IMG/VR virus record: IMGVR_UViG_3300037852_000136 | Span: 1,665 to 65,664 of that record | Origin: a virus | Lineage: Duplodnaviria; Caudoviricetes | Direction: 5' to 3' (one strand) | Length of the DNA: 64,000 nucleotides | Part shown: piece after piece, positions 26,077-34,512 of the stretch | Layout of the letters: each line of letters begins with the position of its first letter | Numbering within the stretch: position 1 is the first letter of the stretch | The notes under the pieces: generated by a model | The model's input: the letters and a program-made list of their open reading frames with translations, nothing else | The model's database searches: none | What the model was told of the DNA's origin: nothing | Position numbers and translations under genes: made by a program

Positions 26077-28485
26077 ATGTCACAAGAATCAGTCGCTTTC
26101 CTTCGCCACATCCTCCCGCCCGCCGGCCCCTACATCCTGACTTGTGCTCGCGGTGAGAAGAAGTGGAACGTCTTCGCCGCCACCATCAAGGAGCTGTGGG
26201 CCAAGATCGAGGCGGCCGACGCCTCCTCGCGCGTTAGCGCGGTCTACCACGCGTGCGCGAGTTTCCGGGTGGCCAAGCACGACCCGGCCGGCACCAAGCG
26301 CCCGGAACGGCGCCTAGGGCGCACGAAGCACAACGCCGCGGGCGCCAAGGCGCTATGGATGGATCTCGACGGCGGACCCGGCAAGCCCTACCCAAGCGGC
26401 GCTGACGCTGGGCGGGCCGTGCTGGAGTTCTCCCGCGCCGCGGGACTGCCGACGCCCCTGCTGGTATCCAGCGGCAACGGCTGTCATGCCTATTGGCCAC
26501 TCGCGGCGCCATTACCGCCTGCTGAATGGCTAAGGTACGCCAACGGCCTCAAGTCCCTCGCCAGTCAGCATAATCTCGCGCAAGACCCTGCCCGCACCGC
26601 CGACATCTCGTCCGTGCTCCGAACGCCCGGCACCCACAATCGCAAGATAGGTGTGAAACAAGTAAGGTGCGGGCCGCTCGTCGGTCCCTACGACATTACG
26701 TTATTTGCCAAGCTCTTAGAGCAACCCACTATATCTGCTAGTAAATCTCGCCCGCCTCTCGGCGGGTTAGGGCTTGGCCCGCTCCCCGCACACCTTCAAG
26801 CCCGACGCTCCAAGCGCACCGCCGAAGGGGCGGAAGTCGAGACCTACGACCTAGTACTTTCAGACCAAGTGGCAGAGGGTTGCGCGCAGGTCCGGGCGCT
26901 CCGCGATCAACACGGCGTGATGCCAGAGCCCCTATGGTACAAGGCGCTCGGGGTGCTGGCGTTCTGCCAGGACGGCGACGCCAAGGGGCACGAGTGGTCG
27001 CAGGGTCACGAGCACTACAGCCGGGAACAGACACAAGAGAAGCTAGACCGCGCGCGCGAACTGACGGGCGCCACGCGCTGCGAGAGCTTCCACGGCTTAG
27101 CGCCGGCCGCGTGCGAGGCGTGCCCGCTATGGGGGCGCATAACCTCCCCCATCCAAGCGGGGCGCGGGATCGAGAAGAAGCCGGCCACGTTGGATGGGCG
27201 GACCGGAGAGCCGGTAGGGAAGGCGAACGGCGCCCACGCCCTTCCGCCTGCTCTAACGGCAGCACCAGCGACAGACGCCTCGCAGTTCATCCGTTTTCCA
27301 GATACCGACAAAGCGGGCAAGAAACTCGCAACGTGCCGCAATGCGCGGGTCGCCATCAACGGGCTCGACATCGTGTGCGAGCACGACACGTTCCACGGCA
27401 AGATGCTGTTGGGAGGCCACGCCATCGATCAATGGGCGGGGGAGCTGTCAGACGAGGCTATCCAGATGCTTAGGGTAGTCATCGAGCAGGAGTTTCGCTT
27501 TGATCCTGGGCTAGTGCAAGCGCACGATGCCGCGGTGCAAGAATGCCTACAGCACGCGTTTGACCCGGTGGCTGACTATCTCGACTCGCTCGCTTGGGAT
27601 GGCGTCCCGCGCGTGGCGGGGTGGCTATCCACCTACCTAGGTGCCGAGGACACGCGGCTAAACCGGGCGATCGGAACGCTGACCCTCATGGCGGCGGTGC
27701 GCCGCGTGCGACAGCCAGGATGCAAGTTTGACCAGATTGTAGTGCTCGAGTCGCCAGAGGGGCGCGGCAAGTCATCAGCCATTGAGGTGTTGGCTGGCGC
27801 GGAGAATTTCAGCGACCAGACAATCCTGACGCTTGACGACAAGGCCCAGCAAGAGGCGGTGCAAGGCATATGGCTCTATGAAATAGCGGATCTATCGGGG
27901 ATGCACCGCGCGGATGTTGAAAAAGTGAAGGCGTTTGCGTCGCGCAAGGTCGACCGCGCCAGGCCGGCCTACGGACGCACCAGGGTGGACCGGCCACGGC
28001 GCTGCATATTCATCGCCACCACTAACGACGAGACTTACCTGAAGTCCCAGACGGGCAATCGTCGCTTCTGGCCAGTGCGAACGGGGCGCATCGATCTCGA
28101 CAGCTTGCGGCGCGATCGGGATCAGTTGTGGGCAGAGGCGAACGCCATGGAGGGGACCGGCCACCCGCTGAGTTTGCCTGAGAGCTTCTGGGAGGACGCG
28201 CGAGCGGTGCAAGATAGTCGGCAGGAACATGATCCATGGGAGGACGTGCTAGCCGCAATCAAGCTGGATAAGACCTATCAGACACTAACAGGGGGAGCAG
28301 AATGGCGCGTTTCTACCGCCTCGCTCCTTACAGGTCACCTCCAAATTCCGGCCGATCGCCAACACGGCCTTACAGGTAAGAGGCTCGCTTATGCCATGCG
28401 GAAGCTTGGATGGGACGGACCGAAGGTTTTATGGAGCGACGACAAATCGTTTAGAGGCTACACAATTAAGGCACCTAACAGGTGA
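26077..28485 (+). CDS. Primase (AEP/RepB-like) fused to VapE/VirE-type helicase
   Basis: AGGAG SD; WMDLD, SSGNGCHAYW, VLRTPGTHN; GCKFD..ESPEGRGKSS..EIADL..RPAYGR..TTND..TGNRRFWPV. Confidence 0.9.
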   Translation: MSQESVAFLRHILPPAGPYILTCARGEKKWNVFAATIKELWAKIEAADASSRVSAVYHACASFRVAKHDPAGTKRPERRLGRTKHNAAGAKALWMDLDGGPGKPYPSGADAGRAVLEFSRAAGLPTPLLVSSGNGCHAYWPLAAPLPPAEWLRYANGLKSLASQHNLAQDPARTADISSVLRTPGTHNRKIGVKQVRCGPLVGPYDITLFAKLLEQPTISASKSRPPLGGLGLGPLPAHLQARRSKRTAEGAEVETYDLVLSDQVAEGCAQVRALRDQHGVMPEPLWYKALGVLAFCQDGDAKGHEWSQGHEHYSREQTQEKLDRARELTGATRCESFHGLAPAACEACPLWGRITSPIQAGRGIEKKPATLDGRTGEPVGKANGAHALPPALTAAPATDASQFIRFPDTDKAGKKLATCRNARVAINGLDIVCEHDTFHGKMLLGGHAIDQWAGELSDEAIQMLRVVIEQEFRFDPGLVQAHDAAVQECLQHAFDPVADYLDSLAWDGVPRVAGWLSTYLGAEDTRLNRAIGTLTLMAAVRRVRQPGCKFDQIVVLESPEGRGKSSAIEVLAGAENFSDQTILTLDDKAQQEAVQGIWLYEIADLSGMHRADVEKVKAFASRKVDRARPAYGRTRVDRPRRCIFIATTNDETYLKSQTGNRRFWPVRTGRIDLDSLRRDRDQLWAEANAMEGTGHPLSLPESFWEDARAVQDSRQEHDPWEDVLAAIKLDKTYQTLTGGAEWRVSTASLLTGHLQIPADRQHGLTGKRLAYAMRKLGWDGPKVLWSDDKSFRGYTIKAPNR

Positions 28486-28690
28486 GCACCTGTAAGATCG
28501 CTCAGACCTGTAAGGCGTAAGCCATTGAAAATCCAATAATGTTACATGTCTTACATGTCTTACACCACTCTACTAGGTAGAGTTATGGATAGGACATGGA
28601 GTATAAACATAAATATAATAGTTATACCCGTAGTATGATTCCTATAGTCCTATAAGGAAACACCCGTCCTGTAGGGTAAGACGTGTAAGG
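28327..28690. repeat. Putative replication origin with CTTACA(G/T)GT iterons and AT-rich tract
   Basis: Copies at 28327, 28369, 28475, 28488(rc), 28506(rc), 28542, 28550, 28559, 28683(rc); AT-rich 28580-28660. Confidence 0.65.
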
Positions 28691-28703
28691 CGGTCGAAAG
28701 GGC

Positions 28704-28732
28704 TTGACTCTAAAATAATTACTCTTTATAAG
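28704..28732 (+). promoter_or_regulatory. sigma70-like early promoter
   Basis: TTGACT-N17-TATAAG; contains TACTCTTT. Confidence 0.7.
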
Positions 28733-28778
28733 GAAAGCACGGCTCGCGGTGGCGCGGGCTAAAGATAGGGGAAAGACG

Positions 28779-29078
28779 ATGCCGCGAATGAACAAGCTTT
28801 CAAATTACGCGACGACCGTGGCGAGTGGCGGCGATGGCGCTATGCGCGTTGTGTATCACAACACTTGCATTGTGGAATGGACCGATCGCGGCGTTACGCT
28901 GAACACTGGCGGTTGGCGCACGGTGACGACCAAGCGCAAAATGGAACAGGCATCGCGCCAATTCAATCTTGGCTATTCGATTTACGCCAAGGATTTCGCG
29001 TGGTTTGTGCGCTTGCCGAACGGGAAGGAAGTTCAGTTTGAGGATGACACTCTCACTTTCGCGAGGGTACGGGCATGA
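28779..29078 (+). CDS. Early hypothetical phage protein
   Basis: GGGGA SD; VYHNTCIV..LNTGGW.TVTTKRKM. Confidence 0.7.
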   Translation: MPRMNKLSNYATTVASGGDGAMRVVYHNTCIVEWTDRGVTLNTGGWRTVTTKRKMEQASRQFNLGYSIYAKDFAWFVRLPNGKEVQFEDDTLTFARVRA

Positions 29079-29272
29079 CAACCCTAACCCTCTACTCAGG
29101 CTCACCCGCCAAGAGGCGGGCTGAGTGGCCTATCTCCCCGAATCAGGCATGGGAGGTGCTGGCGGAGCCGCTAAACGCATGGGCGGCCCGCGCCAGGTCG
29201 CCTAGGGTGGTCCTGAGCGATGGCAAGGTGGCGTATTTGATCCCGTTGCGCGGGACAGAGGTAACAGGATAG
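29075..29272 (+). CDS. Early hypothetical protein
   Basis: ATGA overlap. Confidence 0.5.
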   Translation: MTTLTLYSGSPAKRRAEWPISPNQAWEVLAEPLNAWAARARSPRVVLSDGKVAYLIPLRGTEVTG

Positions 29273-29281
29273 GGGGAAGCG

Positions 29282-29497
29282 ATGTATTTTGCTCAAGCCG
29301 GTGCGATGCACGGTTCGTGGTTGAGCGGGGACTATGTTCCGGCTGCGAAGGTGACTCGCGTGTTATGCGCCAAGTGTGCGGCGTGCGAAGTTACGTTTGA
29401 ACCGAGTAGCGTGCTAGGACACTGGCACCAATGTGCCCCGTGGAAGTGGGCGCCGCGTTATGGTGCGCCGTGCGATAAATGCGGGAATGACTGTTAG
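29282..29497 (+). CDS. Early Cys-rich (zinc-binding) protein
   Basis: GGGGA SD; CAKC..CDKC. Confidence 0.6.
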   Translation: MYFAQAGAMHGSWLSGDYVPAAKVTRVLCAKCAACEVTFEPSSVLGHWHQCAPWKWAPRYGAPCDKCGNDC

Positions 29498-29519
29498 CCG
29501 TCCCTCCCCTGGACGGCGG

Positions 29520-29561
29520 AGAAAGGCGCCAGCTCTTAACCGGGCCGGCGCCTTTCTTTTT
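29520..29561 (+). terminator. Rho-independent terminator
   Basis: AGAAAGGCGCC...GGCGCCTTTCT followed by T-tract. Confidence 0.7.
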
Positions 29562-29585
29562 GCGCTTGACCCCGCCAACGGCGGG

Positions 29586-29616
29586 TTGACTTTGGGAATT
29601 GTAAAGAGTATGTAGG
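29586..29616 (+). promoter_or_regulatory. sigma70-like early promoter
   Basis: TTGACT-N17-TATGTA; GTAAAGAGTATGTAGG identical to 30244-30259. Confidence 0.7.
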
Positions 29617-29646
29617 GGGCGTGAACGCAAACAAAGGGGAAGTGAC

Positions 29647-30051
29647 ATGCGCAACGGTGAAGTGGTTTGGGAATTTTGCACCGCTCATTTTCGTATCTGT
29701 CTCGAAATCGAACCGGAAGAAATGGATCCGGCTGATAGCTTCCAATTCGAGGACGATATCGAAGCGGTTCGCAACGGAAGCGTGGAATGGTTTTGCGCCA
29801 GTGTAGTGGTGTACTTTGATGGTCGAGAGATTGCGCGCGATTCATTGGGCGGATGTGCCTATAACAGCGTGCGGGAGTTTTACACGTCGCACCGCGATCC
29901 AGATCCGACGAATCGCAATACGATCGAGACAAACAAGCGGCACCAAATCTGTCACTACTTTCCGAGCATGGTGACGGAAGCGGTATCGGAAGCGCGCAAA
30001 GCGTTTGCTCGGAAGCGTGAAGCGTTTAACGCCGTGAGTTTGCGGCAATAG
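29647..30051 (+). CDS. Early hypothetical protein
   Basis: AAGGGGAAGTGAC leader; DSLGGCAY..YFPSMV motif. Confidence 0.7.
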   Translation: MRNGEVVWEFCTAHFRICLEIEPEEMDPADSFQFEDDIEAVRNGSVEWFCASVVVYFDGREIARDSLGGCAYNSVREFYTSHRDPDPTNRNTIETNKRHQICHYFPSMVTEAVSEARKAFARKREAFNAVSLRQ

Positions 30052-30099
30052 CGAATGAATCGAAACCGCGCCTAGGGAGCATAAGGAAGGGGAAGTGAT

Positions 30100-30201
30100 A
30101 TGACGCTAGAGCAAGCAATTAACCGTGCGCAGCATGACGCGAAACGTGACGGGCGCAAATTAGCAGTGCCCTACGCTCGCCTCGAGACCTGGCCCGCTTA
30201 G
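30100..30201 (+). CDS. Short ORF, 33 aa (possibly truncated)
   Basis: Same AAGGGGAAGTGA leader as 29647; stop lies in the terminator loop. Confidence 0.4.
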   Translation: MTLEQAINRAQHDAKRDGRKLAVPYARLETWPA

Positions 30202-30220
30202 GAGCGGGCTTTTTCTTTTT
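30191..30220 (+). terminator. Rho-independent terminator
   Basis: GCCCGCT-TAGG-AGCGGGC plus T-tract. Confidence 0.8.
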
Positions 30221-30228
30221 GGGTGCTA

Positions 30229-30259
30229 TTGCGTTCGTGCTCGGTAAAGAGTATGTAGG
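30229..30259 (+). promoter_or_regulatory. sigma70-like early promoter
   Basis: TTGCGT-N17-TATGTA with the shared 16-mer. Confidence 0.65.
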
Positions 30260-30294
30260 TTGTGAGCGGTAGGGCTCAATGAGGGGAGATTCAG

Positions 30295-30492
30295 ATGAAA
30301 GTGGTTGTCAAAGGTACTTGGTTGAATGCTTGCGGCAAGGGCTCGGAAGATAAGGAATTTGAAGTTATCCGCGTCGAACCGACAATGGCTCGGGAGGGTT
30401 CCGGCTTTGAAGTGATGTATATCGTCAACGATCGTGGCCACGAATGGACCGTTGCCAAGCTTCGTTGCCAGGCTGTTTCGGATTGGCTGTGA
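30295..30492 (+). CDS. Early hypothetical protein
   Basis: GAGGGGAG SD. Confidence 0.6.
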   Translation: MKVVVKGTWLNACGKGSEDKEFEVIRVEPTMAREGSGFEVMYIVNDRGHEWTVAKLRCQAVSDWL

Positions 30493-30746
30493 AGCGGGCA
30501 AGTGCAAAGGTAACGGTCGCAGAGGCTTTGCGGCGCCGTGTTGCGCGTCAAGAGATTGAGCTTGAACGGATGGCGCAGGATTGAGCACGCGATCGACAAA
30601 GCTTTGGGCGATCGTTGCCTTTCACAAGCGGAAATGAAGGCGCAAGGCGCGCGTTGTGAGTGCAAAGGGCTTGACGACTATTGCGTCTGTCAGAACACGC
30701 GGCAGACCTAAGAACTCGCTACAGAGGCTTGCGACCAGGGGCCGGC

Positions 30747-31076
30747 TCAGTTGCCGGCCCTTTCCTTTTGAACGGCCCTGCGGGCTTGCCAAGCGGTTAG
30801 GGCGCGATGCGATCCGCCGCGCTTGCCGTCGGTGGCGATGCTTTCGAGCATCTTGGCGCTTTCATAGAGTCTATCGGCTTTCCAGCGCATATCGCTAGCG
30901 AGTAGTGCGGCCGCCCATTGGGGGATTGCGCGCTTGCCAGCTCGCCACAAGCTCACTGCCGTTTGGCTAGCGCGGTCGTTTAGGCGTTTGCGCACGGCGC
31001 TATTGGTTAGGCCGAGCATCTCGAAAGCGTCAATTACAATATGCCTGCGAGCCTCTGGCGCATATTTCGGTTGCAC
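30747..31076 (-). CDS. HTH-like hypothetical protein
   Basis: ASQTAVSLWRAGKRAIPQW resembles an XRE recognition helix; GGAG SD. Confidence 0.5.
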   Translation of the reverse strand: MQPKYAPEARRHIVIDAFEMLGLTNSAVRKRLNDRASQTAVSLWRAGKRAIPQWAAALLASDMRWKADRLYESAKMLESIATDGKRGGSHRALTAWQARRAVQKERAGN

Positions 31077-31456
31077 GTTTTCTCCGCTGGCGCACGGCGC
31101 CTTCGATCACGAAATCTAAGGCAGGTTCGTCCTCCGCGCGCGTGACCTCGCATGCTCGGCACCAGGCACCGAGGGCCGGATTCCCGCCAGCGGCGTTCCA
31201 CACTTACAAGTGTCGAACGACCTAGACCGCTGATTTGATTGAGATATTTTATAGGAGTTCACGGTTTGACGCGTCGCGTTCACTTTCCCGCGATCGAAAT
31301 GTGAAGATGACCGAACGGTCATTCTCACTTTCGAGCTAAGTTTTCCGACCTCCGCCGTGCGGAATTTTTCAACCGACCGGGACCGTGCTAAGAGGTTTCT
31401 GAGGTACGCACACCTCCACGCCCCCCAAAGAAAATTCAAAAAACCAAAAATCAAGC

Positions 31457-31485
31457 TTGCAAAGAGTAGTGCGTTTGACTACGCT
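31457..31485 (+). promoter_or_regulatory. Promoter with GTAGT-N7-ACTAC operator
   Basis: TTGCAA-N17-TACGCT, 6 nt before the ATG (near-leaderless). Confidence 0.55.
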
Positions 31486-31491
31486 TCCGAC

Positions 31492-32211
31492 ATGAAACAC
31501 GTTGTAGCTCTTTCGGGCGGCAAAGATTCAACTGCGATGGCGTTGCGCTTGGCGGAGATCGAGCCGCGCGATTACGTCTACGTTCTCACGCCGACCGGCA
31601 ATGAGCCGGCCGAGATGTTCGCGCATTGGCGCAAACTTGGCGCGCTTCTCGGCAAACCTCTTACGCCGATCACCTATCACACCGACTTGTACGGTTTGAT
31701 CAAGGAACAGAACGCTATTCCAAACTGGCGCGCTCGGTTCTGCACGCGTCTCCTCAAGATCGAGCCGTACGCCGCCTGGCTCGCAAAAAATTCGCCGTGC
31801 GTTTCGTATGTCGGGTTGCGCGTCGACGAAGAGGAGCGCGAAGGCGGCGACTATGCTAAGGTACCGAACGTTGAGATGGATTTTCCGATGCGCCGCTGGG
31901 GCTGGAATATCCAAACGATGTACGATTATCTTAAGCACCGCGGTGTTACGATCCCGACGCGCACCGACTGCAAGCTCTGTTTCTATCAGCGGCTTATTGA
32001 ATGGTGGGAGCTGTGGAAGCACGATCTTGAAAGCTATCTCGAAGGCGAGCGCATTGAAGCTGAGATGGGGCATACGTTCCGATCGCCGGGGCGCGACACG
32101 TGGCCCGCTGCACTCTCGGCGTTGCGCGCCCGGTTTGAAGCGGGCGACGTACCGCGTGAAACGCGCGCTGATCCAATCAACGGTATGAAATGCCGAGTAT
32201 GTAGAATCTGA
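31492..32211 (+). CDS. PAPS-reductase-like (PP-loop) protein
   Basis: VALSGGKDS, RFCTRLLKIEP, GLRVDE, RTDCKLCFYQ, C-terminal CRVC. Confidence 0.85.
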   Translation: MKHVVALSGGKDSTAMALRLAEIEPRDYVYVLTPTGNEPAEMFAHWRKLGALLGKPLTPITYHTDLYGLIKEQNAIPNWRARFCTRLLKIEPYAAWLAKNSPCVSYVGLRVDEEEREGGDYAKVPNVEMDFPMRRWGWNIQTMYDYLKHRGVTIPTRTDCKLCFYQRLIEWWELWKHDLESYLEGERIEAEMGHTFRSPGRDTWPAALSALRARFEAGDVPRETRADPINGMKCRVCRI

Positions 32212-32418
32212 GTACGCACTACACACTCTTTCCCCCGCCCCCTCGCCCCGCGATCGCGGGGTCGGCGCAAAACGAAAAGAGCTTCGCACCAACCGATGAG
32301 CCGACCATGCGCCACTATCACGTTCTGATTTACCCCGCATTAGCGTGGATCGCGTTCAATCTTGCCTTCTTCCTGTGGCGTCTCTACTGGTCGCCGGGCA
32401 AGGACCGCATCTAGGGAC

Positions 32419-32450
32419 TTGACAACCCTAAATGTAGTGACTAGCAATAC
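32419..32450 (+). promoter_or_regulatory. Promoter with degenerate GTAGT operator
   Basis: TTGACA-N17-TAGCAA; GTAGTGACTAGCAATAC. Confidence 0.55.
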
Positions 32451-32567
32451 ACCTGCGCAGACCCCATCCCCACTGCGCACCCGGCCCCGGCGGTGTTTCA
32501 ACCAGCCCCCCAGCCCCAACGCCGCCGGGGTCTTATCCCGCTAGCGCGGGACGAGCAGGATCAACGA

Positions 32568-32747
32568 ATGTCCAAGGAACCCGCCCTCTTCGACTTCGCC
32601 GCCGAGATCCGCCACGAGACCGACAAGGCGTATCTTTTGTTTGACGGCACCAAGGAGGGCTGGGTGCCGAAGTCTCAGACTGAGAACCACAACGACGGAA
32701 CGTTCACCATCCCGCAATGGCTTGCGGAGAAAGTAGGATTTGCATGA
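32568..32747 (+). CDS. Hypothetical phage protein
   Basis: HETDKAYL..WVPKSQ..IPQWLA.K.G motif; AGGA SD. Confidence 0.7.
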   Translation: MSKEPALFDFAAEIRHETDKAYLLFDGTKEGWVPKSQTENHNDGTFTIPQWLAEKVGFA

Positions 32748-33610
32748 AGCCCCTTTGTATCTACCATGGCGCTTGCGACGACGGCTTCGGCGCGGCTTGG
32801 TGTGTGCGCAAGGCGCTCGGCGATGAGGTAGAGTTCTTTTCCGGCGTCTACATGAAGGACCCGCCTCCGATCGAAGGCCGAGACGTGATCTTCGTGGATT
32901 TCAGCTACAAGCGTCCGGTTCTCGACACGATGGCGCGTCACGCGCACTCCGTTCTTATTCTTGACCACCACAAGACCGCACAGGAAGACTTGGCGGATAT
33001 CAAGGCGCCGCCTGACGCTCATGTTTGGCGCGAGGCGGCGTGGAATGGCAAGCTCTCGGGTTCGCTGCGCATGACCGCGCTGTTCGATATGAACCGCAGC
33101 GGCGCCGGGCTCGCGTGGGACTATTTTGTCGGTGGCGCGCGACCGAAGTTTATCGACTACCTCGAAGATCGCGACCTTTGGCGCAAGCAACTCCCTGGCG
33201 GCGACGAGTTCACGATCGCACTCCGGTCGTACCCGCAGGACTTCCTGATCTGGGACAAGCTCATTGATAGCGGCCCGCAAGCGCTCATCACCGAAGGTGG
33301 TGCGATCCAGCGCTACTATCGCCTGCGCGTCGAGGAGTTGAAGCGCAGCGCCTATCACGCTGAATTGGGTGGCGCCAAATGCCGGATCAGCAATGCGCCG
33401 TACTTCGCTGCCAGCGAGGTAGCAGGCGAGTTGTGTGAAGGCGCGGATTTCGGCGCCTGCTACTTCGAGGTGGAGCACGGACGATACCAGTATTCGCTTC
33501 GGTCGCGCGGTGACTTTGATGTGAGCACGATCGCTCGAAAGTTCGGCGGAGGGGGCCACAAGAACGCGGCCGGGTTCACCACGACCGGGACCGCGCACAA
33601 AGCAACCTGA
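32744..33610 (+). CDS. DHH/DHHA1 family phosphoesterase
   Basis: YHGACDDGFGAA, VDFS, LDHHKT, EDRDLW, SLRS, GGGHKNAAGF. Confidence 0.9.
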   Translation: MKPLCIYHGACDDGFGAAWCVRKALGDEVEFFSGVYMKDPPPIEGRDVIFVDFSYKRPVLDTMARHAHSVLILDHHKTAQEDLADIKAPPDAHVWREAAWNGKLSGSLRMTALFDMNRSGAGLAWDYFVGGARPKFIDYLEDRDLWRKQLPGGDEFTIALRSYPQDFLIWDKLIDSGPQALITEGGAIQRYYRLRVEELKRSAYHAELGGAKCRISNAPYFAASEVAGELCEGADFGACYFEVEHGRYQYSLRSRGDFDVSTIARKFGGGGHKNAAGFTTTGTAHKAT

Positions 33611-33798
33611 TGCCCTACCCCACCTCCATCCGCCTCCCCGAGGACGTTCGCCGCGTTCTGCGCAAGGTCGCCAAGCAGAACCGGCGGACAGTGACCGAGC
33701 AGATAAACTTTGTCTTGCAGGAGTGGATCCGTGCGGACCCCGCTATCGCGGGGCTAGGCCGGAAGATCAAACCGGAGGAAGCGCATGACGCGGGATGA
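33610..33798 (+). CDS. Arc/ribbon-helix-helix regulator
   Basis: TSIRLPEDVRRVLRKVAKQNRRTVTEQINFVL. Confidence 0.85.
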   Translation: MPYPTSIRLPEDVRRVLRKVAKQNRRTVTEQINFVLQEWIRADPAIAGLGRKIKPEEAHDAG

Positions 33799-34075
33799 GG
33801 CCAACAAGAAGCTGGTTCAGAACACAACTTGGCATCGCGATATGTGTGCTCAGATGGTGATCGCGCTTGAAGCGATCGGCCTCCTCCATCTCGAAACGAC
33901 GGAGGACAAGGTGCGCTTGGCGGCGGTGTCCCGTCTTGTAGGGGTGATAGCGGAAGTTACGCACTCTCGGAATGGTGTTACGGACGTGCGCGAGCCAGGG
34001 AGAATTACCCACGAAGGCGCCCTCGAAATTCTCGACGTGCTCACCAAGTCGGGGTTCAGGATCAGCCGTGAGTGA
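33785..34075 (+). CDS. Hypothetical protein
   Basis: GGAGG SD; operon continuity. Confidence 0.6.
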   Translation: MTRDEANKKLVQNTTWHRDMCAQMVIALEAIGLLHLETTEDKVRLAAVSRLVGVIAEVTHSRNGVTDVREPGRITHEGALEILDVLTKSGFRISRE

Positions 34076-34301
34076 CCCGCCTAGCGGCGGGCAAGTCCCG
34101 AAGCTCTTGCAGGTCCCCGATCGCGTGCACTCGGTCGAGGAGATGTGCGGTCTCGTTGCGAAGCTCCCTAATGTGGAACACGTTGTTGTGATCGTCGAGG
34201 ATCCCGAAGGCGTCTGGGTCATGACGGTGGATGGCACGACGCTTGAACGAATGAACTGGATGTTGGACCGCGCGAAGCTGCGCTTGCATAGGGTGGATTG
34301 A
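34068..34301 (+). CDS. Hypothetical protein
   Basis: GTG start; C-terminal NWMLDRAKLRL. Confidence 0.55.
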   Translation: MSDPPSGGQVPKLLQVPDRVHSVEEMCGLVAKLPNVEHVVVIVEDPEGVWVMTVDGTTLERMNWMLDRAKLRLHRVD

Positions 34302-34302
34302 G

Positions 34303-34512
34303 ATGGAAGAACCGTTTCGCTTGGTTGCTAGTTGGGGGCACCTCTTGCATGAGCTTCGACAAATGCCGGAAGCCGATTTTGCCAAGTACTGTTCGGCCGA
34401 CTTGCGTGCGATTCCGATGTATTGGTCGATGTCTCCTGAAGGTCCCGTTAAAGTTTGGCCAAAGCCATGCGATGGTTGCGAAGTGTTTCAATTGAGGAAG
34501 TTCAAGATATGA
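34303..34512 (+). CDS. Hypothetical protein
   Basis: Fills the operon gap; stop overlaps the next start. Confidence 0.45.
   Translation: MEEPFRLVASWGHLLHELRQMPEADFAKYCSADLRAIPMYWSMSPEGPVKVWPKPCDGCEVFQLRKFKI

Noticed and set aside
32260-32306. Hammerhead ribozyme
   Set aside because: Core reads CCGATGA/GCAA rather than CTGATGA/GAAA, and stem I cannot be formed
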